This document shows positions 1 through 12,895 of a stretch of 64,000 nucleotides of DNA, in pieces. The stretch lies in NCBI GenBank assembly GCA_013265495.1, contig MU057776.1:1-64000 (forward strand). Direction: 5' to 3'. The notes beneath the pieces were generated by a model that searched no databases, was not told the origin of the DNA, and saw nothing but the letters and a program-made list of their open reading frames with translations. Source of the DNA: Vicugna vicugna. Its lineage: Eukaryota. How positions within the stretch are numbered: position 1 is the first letter of the stretch; each line of letters begins with the position of its first letter. The position numbers were made by a program, and so were the translations under genes.

Positions 1-310
1 CCTAACCCTAACCCTAACCCTAACGCTAACCCTAACCCTAACCCCTAACCCTAACCCTAACCCCTATCCCTAACCCCTAACCCTAACCCTAACCCTAACC
101 CGAACCCTAACCCTATCTAACCCTAACCCTAACCCTAACCCCAACCCTAACCCCTAACCCTAACCCTAACCCCTAACCCTAACCATAACCCNNNNNNNNN
201 NNNNNNNNNNCCCCTAACCCTTACCCTAACCCTAACCCCTAACCCTAACCCTAACCCCAACCCTAACCCTAACCAGTAACCCCAACCTCAATCGCAGCCC
301 TAACCCTAAC
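1..310 (+). repeat. Telomeric (CCCTAA)n array, C-rich strand, degenerating proximally; 19-N gap at 192-210
   Basis: Tandem CCCTAA with variants (CCCCTAA, CCCGAA, CCATAA). The orientation is that expected at the left end of a vertebrate chromosome. Confidence 0.97.
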
Positions 311-344
311 ATAGCTAACATATCCTAAACAATATATTGCATAG

Positions 345-975
345 ACATGTTGTTAGCAGCAGTGTTCACAGCAGCGTTAGATATAAACAGTTCAAATGTC
401 CATCAACCTGGAGAATGGACCAAAAAAATGACATAGATCCTTAAACCACTATATGGTCCTGCCATAAAAGGAACACAGTAAAATGGTGCACGCATCATGA
501 AAAACAATGCCACGGTTCCTCAAATACTGAAACCGCGCTAACATGTGCTCTGTCTAGTCACACATTATATACTCAAAATATTTGAAAGCAGCATCTGGAA
601 CCGATGATTATACCCTCATATCCATAGAAGCATTATTCACAGCTACACAAGGTGGAAGCAACCCAAGTATCCAACGACAGGTGAAAGGGTAAGTAAAGCA
701 TGGTCCATACACAATGCGATATGATAGCACTGAAAACTCAAGTAATACTGACACATGCTTCAGCACGAATGAACCTGAAAGTCACAATGCTAAATGTAGT
801 ACGTTGGTCACAGAAGGACAAACGTATCATTCCAATTACATGAGATATCCAGGAAAGTCAAATTCAGAGATTAAAAACAAAAATTAGTTCCCAGGGGCTG
901 ATGGGAGTTAGTGCTTAAGGATACAGAGTTTCACTTGAGGAAAGTAAAAAAATTCTGGAGATGGATAGTAATATC
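345..975 (+). mobile_element. Old LINE-1 (L1M-type) 3' fragments, highly degenerate
   Basis: L1 3' motifs: 'gcattattcacagct...ggtggaagcaacccaagtatcc', 'tgagatatccaggaaagtcaaattcagaga', 'ttctggagatggatagt'. Confidence 0.8.
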
Positions 976-1050
976 TGTCAGTGGCTGCAGCGGCTCATGA
1001 TTTAATCCAAGCAGAGACGGATGGCAACTGCCAATTTTCAGTTGGCAACA
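976..1050. mobile_element. Possible short ERV LTR-end fragment
   Basis: 'tgtcagtggctgcagcggctcatgatttaatcc...gatggcaactgccaatttt...gttggcaaca' resembles cetartiodactyl ERV1 LTR termini (from memory only). Confidence 0.35.
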
Positions 1051-3317
1051 AATATGATCTTGGTATTTGCACATCTGTGAAAATTATTACCAAATACATT
1101 ATGAATTGGTAGAACATTGTGGGATTTTTTTTTTGGAAAGGAATTTTAATTTTCCATTAAAAGTAGTTCCATGCTTAGAAAGCTAATGAATGTAGAATCC
1201 ATTTTTCCCTCCCGTTAGAAAACAGAAGGCTGTGAGCCTCTGGGGGCCCAAAGCGAGATAGGGCTGAGGGACAGTGGTCTGAGGAGCCTGGGGAGCCTCC
1301 AGCACTAGCATTCAGGGAGTGCCTTTATTTTGATGTGTTTTGCTTAAAGATGGGTGATGGTACAGCATGAGCAAATGCTGATGAGAATGATGCAGTAGAG
1401 AGGAGACATGACACTGCAGAAAGAGGTGACAGAGCCTTCATCTGGGGAGAAGTGACAGGAGGCCCGCCAATGGTGTGTGTGAAGACAGGTCCTCTCCTGC
1501 AGCAGGAGTAAACACTAACCTGGAAGTGAAGGCAGGGTGGTAGATTTGCTGATAGCACTGTGTGTAGTTTTTCTTCTGATTACTTCAGTTTCTCAGTGAA
1601 ACAAGAGCTGAGGCCCAGAGGGTAAGACCTCCCGGGCAGTGTGACCACAGCCATAGCACATATGTTGAGGACATCCATCCTGGGGGTCTAGGAAGTCACG
1701 GCAGCACTAAGGACCCACCCAAGGTGAGGTTCTCGAGAGTCGGCTTAACCAACCAGGAGCTGACATCCAGTCCCCTGTGGCTAGGGAGTGACATCCTGAC
1801 ACAGCTCACTTCATTCCTAGATCAAAACAAGTTTACTTTCCGAAATAACTTTTTTTTTGGTCTCTGTCATAACCAAGTGGATTAAAACAACTTCACTTAA
1901 GTCATTAAAAAGTGGTTTTGATATATCAAACCAGCACCCTGGAGGCTGGGAGAAAAGCGGAGAGGAAGGGGAATGGATGCTGGGCAGGAGGAGCCCCATC
2001 AGGACTGGAGGGATTCAGCCCCACCCCTGGGGGCCCTGCTTCCATGGGTCTAGGCTCTGCTAAAGCCCAGGACAGCACTTTGAAATGTCTCTCCAGGTGA
2101 CCCAGCAAGCAGCCAGAGGACCACTGAGCTAAAGAGGATGATAGGTCCATCAGAGCCCAATCAGAGCAAAGGCTGTCCCGCTGACCAGAACCCCGGGGCC
2201 CTTGGGGACTAGGGGCTCAGATTTGCCCAGTCAGTGTCATCCACACAGCCACTTTGTCTGCTACAGATGAGCTCATCTTACATCACGTCTCCTATTTCCT
2301 GGGAACTATGTGTGTGAGTAGGATTTCATTTCATGTTAGCGAAGGGGATTCAGAATACCTGTTAGGAACAGGCACCTGAATGAACGAGAAGTTCCATGCG
2401 CTCGGGGGACACAAGGGCCTGCAGTCTGACAGACTTAGGGCCGGCTGGGGGCAAGTGAGGGGCAGGGTGGCTAGTGATGTCGTGGTAACTAGCCCAGACA
2501 AGGTCAGTCTGGAGGTTTGGTGAGGTGCAGGTCAGTGCTGAACGAGGAGCCCCTGGGCCTGTCCTGCAGGATGCCATCAGCCACCAGGTGGCAGCACGGG
2601 ACAGGGGAAGAGGGGCCGGGCCCACGAAGGAAGGGCCAGGCTCCAGCGTCTGGTTAGTGGCCCAGGTACCCCAGCCCCCTTTCTCCATCGTAACATTGGA
2701 CTGTCTCCCCCAGATCCTGGACTGCCCTGAGCTGAACTGACCACAGAGGGAAGCTGAGTCTCAGACTGTAGCCCCTCCTCACCTCCCGCGGTGACAAGGT
2801 AATCCCACCAGGCCCCGCAGAGGGCACAGCTCTTGGCGCCTTGGTCACTCTCAGGCCCACCCTCTGTTCCCTGCACACGGTTGCCCACTTCAGGCCTCCT
2901 GTGGCCCTGGGCCCACCTCCCATCACACACACCCGTAGGCTCCTGGAAGCCCCCAGGAAACCCCCACCCCTGCCCCACTGGAGACCTCCAGGCTGTCTCA
3001 GGACTCAGCCTAACGCCAGCCCATGAAGTGCGCTGAGCAGGGAGGGGACTCCCCACCCAAAAGAAATGCCTGGGCCCAGCGGGAAAGCCTGCCACTCTCA
3101 GCCACAAGCCGCGCGAGGCCGGAGGCCGGAGGCCTCCCCCCCGGCCCCGGCCCTCCTCACCGACCAGGCTCCTGTGACCCCTGACCTGTGTCCACCAGCC
3201 ACCCTCTCACAACACCCCAGACCCCTTGCTGCTCGGCACCCCCTGCAGGGCCAGGCGAGGACACACCCTCGGCTGCCGCACCTGTGCTTTCACTGGCCAG
3301 GACCTGATGGGCAGGTC

Positions 3318-3355
3318 GGGCCCGCCCCCAGGACAGCGTGTGTGTGAGGCATAAA
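3318..3355 (+). promoter_or_regulatory. SCGB1C1 core promoter: GC box plus CATAAA TATA-like box (3350-3355)
   Basis: Motifs lie ~40-75 nt upstream of the ATG at 3396. Confidence 0.55.
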
Positions 3356-3395
3356 GCCGTCTGAGGCTGTTCCTGAGGAGCCTCCGCTGTTGGCC

Positions 3396-4730
<1,335 letters not shown>

Positions 4731-6069
4731 TGGACGCAGACATGGCTCCAAGCAGCCGTAGGACCAGCTACACAAGCAACCACGGCAGCTCCACCCTACC
4801 ACTTCCCCAAGCCTGACTTTATCCTCAAACCATCCAATCAATAAAGTCTCCTGTAGCTCAGGCTCTGGCTCCTGTCTCTCCCCACCCTCAGGGACAGGAC
4901 TACACACTCATACAGACGCACCTACAGAGGGTCACGTGAGTGGAGCATGCACTACAAGTGACCCCACGTAGAGGGCAGACCCACCAGTGGAAACCCAGGC
5001 AGATGCCCATGTTGGCAGGGGGACAGAGCAAGATAGACAGACAGGCAGACTTGTGAGTGCAGGGAGGTGTCAGGACCCAAGAAGGTCTGCAGAGGCAGCG
5101 GGCGGAGGCAGGGGCAGAGGTTCAGAGCAGGGAGGGGCAAAGAGCCCCAGAAACAAAGTGGCCAGGGCTGGGGTAACAGGCTGGGTGGGGGCACGTGCAT
5201 CTGAAAACTATTGTTTTGAGACAATAAACATGTACAATATGCACGTGGCATGGGTTAGGGTGTTGAGAAGTCACCAAAGGAAAAAGGCAGAGCCCTAGCC
5301 GGAGCCCCAAGAGGAACCTGCTAATGAGGGCACTCAGGGTCCGACGGGTGGGCACAGCCATCATGAGCAGGAGGGAGAGCAAGGTCAGAGGAGGGTCCCT
5401 CAGGAAAGCAGAAGCAACCCGTGCCAGCTCCCACCCCCACCCCCCGCCAGCACAGACCCTACTGCACCCTGAGTCCCAGGACCCTCGAAGGCCAAAGCCT
5501 GCCGTGCCTCAGTTTCCCCAGCTCAGTGGTCTCCACCGGGGGCAGGCCTGCCCCTCACGACCTTCACTCCTGGGCCACTCTGGCTCTAGGGCCCAAGGCC
5601 TCACTGTCCCAGTCCAGGACCTAGCTGTCCTCTTTCCTGCCCCCTGCACCTCTGTCCAGCACACTACCACAAAGAGTGAAGCAAAGTCCTGGGACCCGAG
5701 CCGTGCATGGCAAGGGTGGGGTCCCTCGGGCCCAGGCCATTGTCTCCATCATACATGCGGTGATCTAGAACCTACCATCCCACAGAACCACATTCTAGAG
5801 CTCAGGGGCCGGGACCCCTCCCCAATTCTTGAAGCCCCCAGGGGGAGAAGAGAGAGAAAGAGAGGCCTTCCTCTCCACGCTCCTTTTCTGGAACTCCCTG
5901 GCAGCAAGGCTGGTGTGGCAGGACCGCCTCTGAGGAGGCTGGGTCCGTAGGTCTCTCTGAGTGCTGCTTCTGGACCAAAGAGGTAAGGGCCCTTCCGGAG
6001 TGGTCCCTCCCTGCCTCCACGGCAGAGTCTCATCCAAGAGGTTCCCCACCTTTGCCCACTGCTCCTTGC

Positions 6070-6203
6070 CCACTGCAGGCCTGGTGAGCCACGGGTGTGA
6101 GGAGCACAGCTGTCCCCACCCTCCTGGCGCACCTCCTCCTCGTGAAGAGGCACCATCAGGCCGGGGTCGGGGAGCTGGGACCCCAGTGCAGCCTCTGAGA
6201 CTC
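6070..6203 (+). repeat. 134-bp direct repeat, copy 1 (upstream of the ODF3 ATG)
   Basis: Identical by eye to 7067-7200 (offset 997). Confidence 0.95.
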
Positions 6204-6526
6204 ACACCCGGGTCCTCTGAGTAAGAGGAACCTGCCCAGACCCCCTTAGAGCCAATGAGGGTGGCTGGTGAGTGCTGAGAGACACCTCTTAAGGGCTTGT
6301 CCCCGAGGGATGATGCTCCCCCTCTTGTGGCTGGTGCTGCAGAGGAGACCCACTGCCCAAAGCAGAAGCTCCCACTGCTCTTGAGTCTGGGCCCCAGCTT
6401 GAGACCCTGCTGAGGAGGCTGTGAGCTGCAGTTCTGTCCATCAGTGGGGGCAAAGTCTGGGATAAGGGTGGAGGACCTGGGCCTCCCAGCACCTGGTCAC
6501 CCTCTCATCCGTGGACAGAGCCAGTC

Positions 6527-9229
6527 ATGGCGGAGGAGGTATGGGTGGGCGCCTGGAGGCCCCATCGTCCCCGGGGGCCTATCATGGCGCTCTACAGCAG
6601 CCCTGGACCCAAGTACCTGATTCCACCCACCATGGGTAAGTGCTCGGGAGCCCGGGAGGGACACTGGTGGGGCAGGACCCAGATCTGGGGTGGGCCTGGG
6701 GAGGGCTGGGGCTCACCCCTGACTCCCGACCCATCAACCCCTCTGGGTCAATGGGGGGTAGGGGGAAGGGCAGGGTCTGGCTCCAGGCTGCTCAGAGCCC
6801 CTGCCACCCCCACCACAGGCTTTGTGAAGCACACGCCCACCAAACTGCGTGCACCCGCCTACAGCTTCCGAGGGGCCCCCATGCTCCTGGCAGAGAATTG
6901 TTCCCCGGGGCCCCGCTACAGCATGAACCCCAAGATACTGAGGACCGGCAAGGACGTCGGCCCTGCCTACTCCATCCTGGGGCGCTACCACACTAAGACC
7001 ATGCTGACTCCCGGCCCCGGTGAGGGGCCCTGGCCCAGCCTTAGCCCCGACCAGCCCTGTTGGTGGCCACTGCAGGCCTGGTGAGCCACGGGTGTGAGGA
7101 GCACAGCTGTCCCCACCCTCCTGGCGCACCTCCTCCTCGTGAAGAGGCACCATCAGGCCGGGGTCGGGGAGCTGGGACCCCAGTGCAGCCTCTGAGACTC
7201 TCACGCCCAACTGTGACCTGGGCCTTTCCTAACCCTAACCCCAGGCCCACATCAGACCCACCCTCCCTCCTCAAAACTGGCGCCTGTCTCCCGGGCTCCC
7301 GCAGCCAGCATTTCCATCCGGGACACCCCTTGAACAACCCTAGTCACCACCCACTGGGGCCCAGAGGCCCCACGCCTGCAACGTCGGGGTCCCGCCTGAG
7401 GTGCCTGAGCAGGGCCAGGCATCTGTTTGGATCGTCCTCACCCTCCCACACCCACTCCATGCCTCCCCAACACCCCCAGGTGACTACTTTCCAGAGAAAT
7501 CGACCAGGCATGTGTTTGACTCGGCACCCAGCCACTCCATCTCTGCCCGGACCAAGACCTTCCGAGTGGACAGTACCCCAGGTCTGCAGCAGCCCCAGTG
7601 GCCCAGGGCTGAGTGGGTTGGGACTCCTGGGTAGGGCGGGTGAGGGGGCCCAGCCTGACCTCCTGTAGGTGGAAAGCCCAGGGAAGAACCCAGTCTGGGA
7701 TTTAACGCTCGTGCACCCCACAGGCCCCGCTGCCTACATGCTGCCTGTGGTGATGGGGCCCCACACTGTCGGCAAGGTCTCCCAGCCCTCCTTCTCCATA
7801 AAGGGCCGCAGCAAGCTGGGCAGCTTCAGCGATGATCTGCACAAGGCAAGGGTCGCCCAGCTGGGGCAGAGCACTGCTTACCCCCTAGAGAGATAACCCC
7901 TTCCCCCAGAACTTAGGACCCACCAGCCACACATCTAGCCCCACCCACCCTCGGGTTACATTCCAGTGGTGAGGGCAGACAATGGACAAGGACAGAGAGG
8001 ACAAGACCCAGGCATGCATACAGCAACAGTACTGAGGAGGGATGAACAGGGAAGGGTTTATGGGGTGCTGATTGAAGGGCGAGGATCAGTCTTAGATAGG
8101 GTGGCATGTAGGAACCTGAGGAGAAAAGAGGAGAAAAATAAACTGTGACGTATTTGGGGGAGGAGGGTTCTGGCTGCAGAAACAGCCAGTGCAAAGGCCC
8201 TGAAGTGCTCATGTGCCCGGGAGCTTGGGGAGCCTGGGGAGCCTGGGGAGCCTGGGGAGGGTGCTGTAGTGGCATCACAGCACCACCGACCACACCAGCC
8301 CAGCCCAGCCCATGGCCCTTGAGTCCCACAGGACAGCGTTCCAGCTAGGAAGAGGCCTCTCTCACACACACATATAGAAGGAACAAGCCTGAGGCTGGCA
8401 CAGACTAGGGTGTCATTGCCTCTGTGAGGCTGAAGAGAGGGTTATGTCCCACATAGGGAAGGGGTCCCACAGCACTGGGGCAATGTCCCATGGTGTGGCT
8501 GTCGTCTAGAGACAGAAGGGGCCCCTGAGACAGAGACACAGACACACAGTGGGCCAGAAATCCACTGTCTGATGCTGGCCCTGTCCTCTGGGGTCCCCTG
8601 CCCTGGCAGGCTGAGCCTCTCTGAGCTTCCTTCACCTCCCAGACCCCAGGTCCCGCGGCCTACCGCCAGACAGACGTCCAGGTGACTAAGTTCAAGGCTC
8701 CACAGTACACCATGGCTGCCCGAGTGGAGCCCCCGGGGGACAAAACTCCCAAGCCAGGACCAGGAGCCCACAGCCCCGAGAAGGTCTGGCAGGAGCATAG
8801 CCCGGGGTGGGGTGGCTGACGTGGCACAGAGGGGTGGCGTGGGGAAGGGCCTGTGAGCCCGCAACAGTCGCAGTGGCCAGGCACCCTCGGAACGCTGCGC
8901 GTTCCGGCACCAGACCTCTCCCCGGCTGGCGGGCTCTGTGTCCCTCAGTACCCCCACGCACTAGTGACAGTGGGTGCTGCTCTGTGGTCAAGCCTAGCAG
9001 CGTGAACTTCCTGCTGGTCACTGTGGCCCGGGGTTTAAGAGGGAAAGTAGAAATGCCCTCAGCAGTCCCAGCCCCAGTGAGGGCAGAGCCTGCGGGGTGG
9101 GGGCAGGGGCCCAGCTCCTCACAGGCTTTCCCCCCCTAGGTGACAGTGACCAAGCCCTGTGCCCCCATCGTCACCTTTGGCATCAAACACTCTGACTATA
9201 TGACACCCCTGGTCGTGGATGCGGAATAG
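6527..9229 (+). CDS. ODF3: Outer dense fiber protein 3 / SHIPPO1 (CIMAP1A), 254 aa, 6 coding exons
   Basis: Exons 6527-6635, 6819-7019, 7480-7581, 7724-7845, 8643-8783, 9140-9229 (765 nt). Starts MAEEVWVGAWRPHRPRGPIMALYSSPGPKY, has repeated PGP(G/A)xY motifs and ends ...HSDYMTPLVVDAE*. The intron after 7845 begins GC. An acceptor at 6517-6518 implies an upstream non-coding exon. AATAAA at 9451-9456. Confidence 0.96.
7067..7200 (+). repeat. 134-bp direct repeat, copy 2 (in the ODF3 intron after coding exon 2)
   Basis: Identical to 6070-6203. Confidence 0.95.
8218..8258 (+). repeat. 9-bp minisatellite (TGGGGAGCC)x~4.5
   Basis: ggggagcttggggagcctggggagcctggggagcctggggag; five G4 runs. Confidence 0.85.
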
Positions 9230-11597
9230 CCCCGGCTCCGCCCACCCATCCCTCTGAGCCTCCGCACACCCTGTTCCCCCGACGGCAGGCCCCCTGGGCT
9301 CAGGGCCCTGGGCGCCCCCTCCACCAGCTGGGCTGCAGCCGGACTGGCCCTGCAGGGCAGAGTACGCTTGTTCAGATGGTCGTGACCAGTTATTTTTCCT
9401 ATGTTACTTTCCCATTTGCTACACTTGTTTCCTGCAGTGCCCAGATATATAATAAATCATGGATTCCACTAGTAATGGGTTTGTCTTGGGGGAAGATCAA
9501 GCTTTTCCAGAAAGGGGCCCCCATCGGCTGTCAGGCCCGTCCACGTCAGGTCCCATCCTTGCTTCCAGGGCCTGGGGTCTGAGTGGAGACAGGAGGGCTT
9601 GGGAGCATCAGACGCCGCTGTGCCCACCCTTCTGATTCTGCCTTGAGCCCCGCCCTCCGCGATTCGTCGTATCCTCCAAAGATGATCACACCTGCGTCCG
9701 CCCCTCCCATGGGGTCAGACTGCCCTGTGACTGACTCTCCCCTGACTCTGCCGAGGTGGGGTCAGTGCCCCTCCCTTGGAATCTGGACCAGAGCCTATGA
9801 CTGTCCTGAATGAAGCGACCTCTGGGGTCAGACCCCACAACATGCGAAGGAAACTACTTCTGCCCGGGTGTCCCCCTCTCTGTGAGGAAGCTCAGCACGC
9901 GGCGAGGCGGTGACCAGCCGGGCCCTCAGCCCGCACCAGCAACAGCCTGCAGACACGCGAGCGAGCCTTCAGGGGATGGCAGTGCCAGCCTCTCAAAAGA
10001 AGGCCTTGACGTCGCAGAGCAGAGACCACTGTCACCGCCGTGCTTGTCTCAGATACCAGCAGTAACCGTCAGAGACAAATGATTACTGCAATTTTAAATG
10101 GCTAAGTTTAAAGGTGACCAGCTGTACATCAAAATAACACAGGAGGCAGAGGGGGATGTGGGCAGGGAAGGGGTGTCTGAGCTGGGATGAAGAGGAGTGT
10201 TTCCTGAGGGTGCCCTCGAGTCCAAGGCCAGTTCTGAGGAGTGCAGTCGGAACTTCACCCCAGCCCTGGAGAGAAGTCACTGAGGACCTTGGGTGAGGAG
10301 CCCCGTCACCCCGGTGGCACTGCCGGCTATAGCTGCACAAAGCACAGCACGGCTGCTCAGACTCACTCAGCTGTGACCACGTCAGGCTACTTATCCTACA
10401 CACCCCACACGCATGCATTTAATCCTGAGGAGGTAATGCCATCATGCTCTCACCTGAGTCACAGAACCTTGGCTGGGCACAGAGAGGTCCAGCAGCAGGA
10501 AGTGGCGAGGCCACGTCTGCCTGCCTGAGGCAGTGAGTGAGGAGGGAAGCAGGGCCCAGGAGAACTGGAGATGGGGAAAGAAGCAGAGTCTAGACCATCA
10601 GTGCCCACAGCCCGTCTGTGGGCCAGGCTCAGTCCCAGACAAAGCTCTCTGAAGCCCCCAAGGAGACGAGAACACGAGACTATGTGTTTACTTCATCACG
10701 AGGCTGTTTATTCCAAATTATTTTTATTGCTAAATGCCTTGTCCTTGACTTACGGATAGAGCCTGGCAGCTTGTGTTCACTTGGCACAGAGGGGCCCCAA
10801 CTCCTGCTCTGCTTTACAGTCTTAGGGATCAACACCCACAAACCTGACTTATCCACAGGAATAAGGCTGAGTGGGAGGAGGGAGAAAGCCTCGCAGGAAA
10901 CTCTACTGACACAGTGACACACGGCCCCTTCAGGAACTCATTCTAACAGTAAGAATGAGAAACAAAAAAGTAAACTGGAGAAACTACAACTCAGACCCCA
11001 AAATAGATAGAAGGGCTGCAGAGAAAATGTAGCAGCCGGAGGTCTGAGATGGCAAAGCACTCCTGGAGGACACCGAGTTAGACGTGCAAACTCTAAACTC
11101 CTGGTCTGTGTTGGCAAGTCGAGTGGGCCCAGCATGTAAGGGCATCCTCTGGTGCTCAGGGGCGTGGCTGCCACGGCTGAGCCACGTTCTCAAGAAGTAA
11201 ACAACCAGATGGAGATGCTACACGGGCAACAGCCATGAGCTTGGTGAGCAGTGAGCCAGTCCCCTCGACGAGGTTCAACCCGAGATGAGTGAGCACTAAG
11301 CCAAAGCTGTGGTGCGCAGGGCCAGTGCAGACTAGGGCAAGGCCACAGGGCCTGTGAAGGGTTTCAAGGAGGGCAGGGAAACAGCCAAGCCCAGAGACAT
11401 GGAGGCAAGGAAGCCAACCTCACCGGGTGAGAAAGCAGCACGTGCTGGGGGGGTGGGGGCAGTCAGAACAGAAATCAGAGGTGGGATCCTCCTCCTCAGG
11501 AGGCTGAGGGGCCCATCCAGGTCGGGTAGAAGAGAGAAGGGTGCTGTGGTGAGTGCATGAGAGCCAGGCCTGCTGGGTGGACAGCAAGGGAGAGGAG

Positions 11598-11624
11598 TAG
11601 CAGCAGCAGCAGCAGCACCAGCAG
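11598..11624 (+). repeat. Short (CAG)n trinucleotide repeat in the BET1L 3' UTR region
   Basis: tagcagcagcagcagcagcaccagcagc. Confidence 0.8.
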
Positions 11625-12895
11625 CTCAGGTGGCCAGAGGCAGAGCGAGGCAGGCGGCAGGGGCCCACAGGTGCCAGGCTGTGGCTGACATGTGTGACCA
11701 CAAGTGGTATGAGTGTGCGAGTAGGTGGACAGGGAGCCAATGGGCCTTGGGGAGTAAGAGGGAGTAACCATGACGGCAGAAGACGGGGATACAGAGAAGA
11801 AAGGACACAGGGCTAATGACGTGCTTCTTACAGGTGTTTTTATGTGAAGATAAGAATGCTGGGATCTCACAGTGGGGCAAGAAAAAGACACTGGTTTGTC
11901 TGGGCCTGTGGTTCAGTTCGTGTGAGCAGGGGACTGGCCAAGTGGGGAATGAGAGTGCAGGGAGAGGCAAGAGAATGTTGCAGGTGGAAGGGCCAGGCTT
12001 GGTGGAAACTACCCATGACCCTGAAGAAGCAATCTATAGGTTCTGTGAAGAGAGCCCTTACCTGAAGCTTCCTGTCTATAACCACACGAGGCCCTCCTCA
12101 CACCCTGCCTGACTCTGAAATGCCCGATGGGCCTATTTGTAGAGATCTGGTCTCTGGTGCCAGGTAGATCCTGAATCCTGAGAAGTTGTCAGTTTCTGCT
12201 CCTGGATATATGCCTGGGAGATCCACAAGGATCTGGGCTCTGTGCCTTCAGCCAAGGCTGCAGTTCACTCCTCCATCCTCAACCCCCTGCCTTCCCTGAA
12301 GGTCTGGCTTCAGTCGTGGAACTGGAGGGCAGGCAGAGGCCTCTTGAGAGGACCCTTGGCTCTCACTGGTCCGCTGGTGCCCAGCAGCCCTGGACAGGAA
12401 CAACTGCCATCTCTGAGACCGAAGACTCTTGGTCGAAGGTGACGGCGATGGTTCGAGGTTCACAGCCACACCCCCTTCCTGTGTCAACTCCAGGCATCTC
12501 AAGTACCAGATGTGGCCTTATCCAGACAAGGACAGGGCAGAGGAGCCTTGAGATGTCAGAACCCTGAGAGCCAGGGGAAAGCCTGCTGCCACAGGTGGCC
12601 GTGTCCATTCCCAGGTGCTCTGCTTAGGCCAGGCCCTACTGGGGCTTCTAGCATTCAAGGTGGTAGAGAGAGCTGGGCTTTGGTTTTCCAAAGGGGATGG
12701 GCCCCTTGCACACACAGGACAAGCAAACATGAGCTCACGGGGTCAGAGGCTCCCAGCCACACAGGAAGAAGAGTCCTAAGCCACGATCATCATTTCAAAA
12801 GAGTATTTTGTAGGCAGGTCCTCCAGAGCCCAGGATGCCAGGCAGAGGAAGATTCTGTGTGCTCCAGGCACCCACAGAAGCCAGTTCCCACTGGC

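Noticed and set aside
5324..5950. 208-aa ORF upstream of ODF3
   Set aside because: Low-complexity Pro/Arg/Gly composition, no recognisable domain or splice structure; expected by chance in GC-rich DNA.
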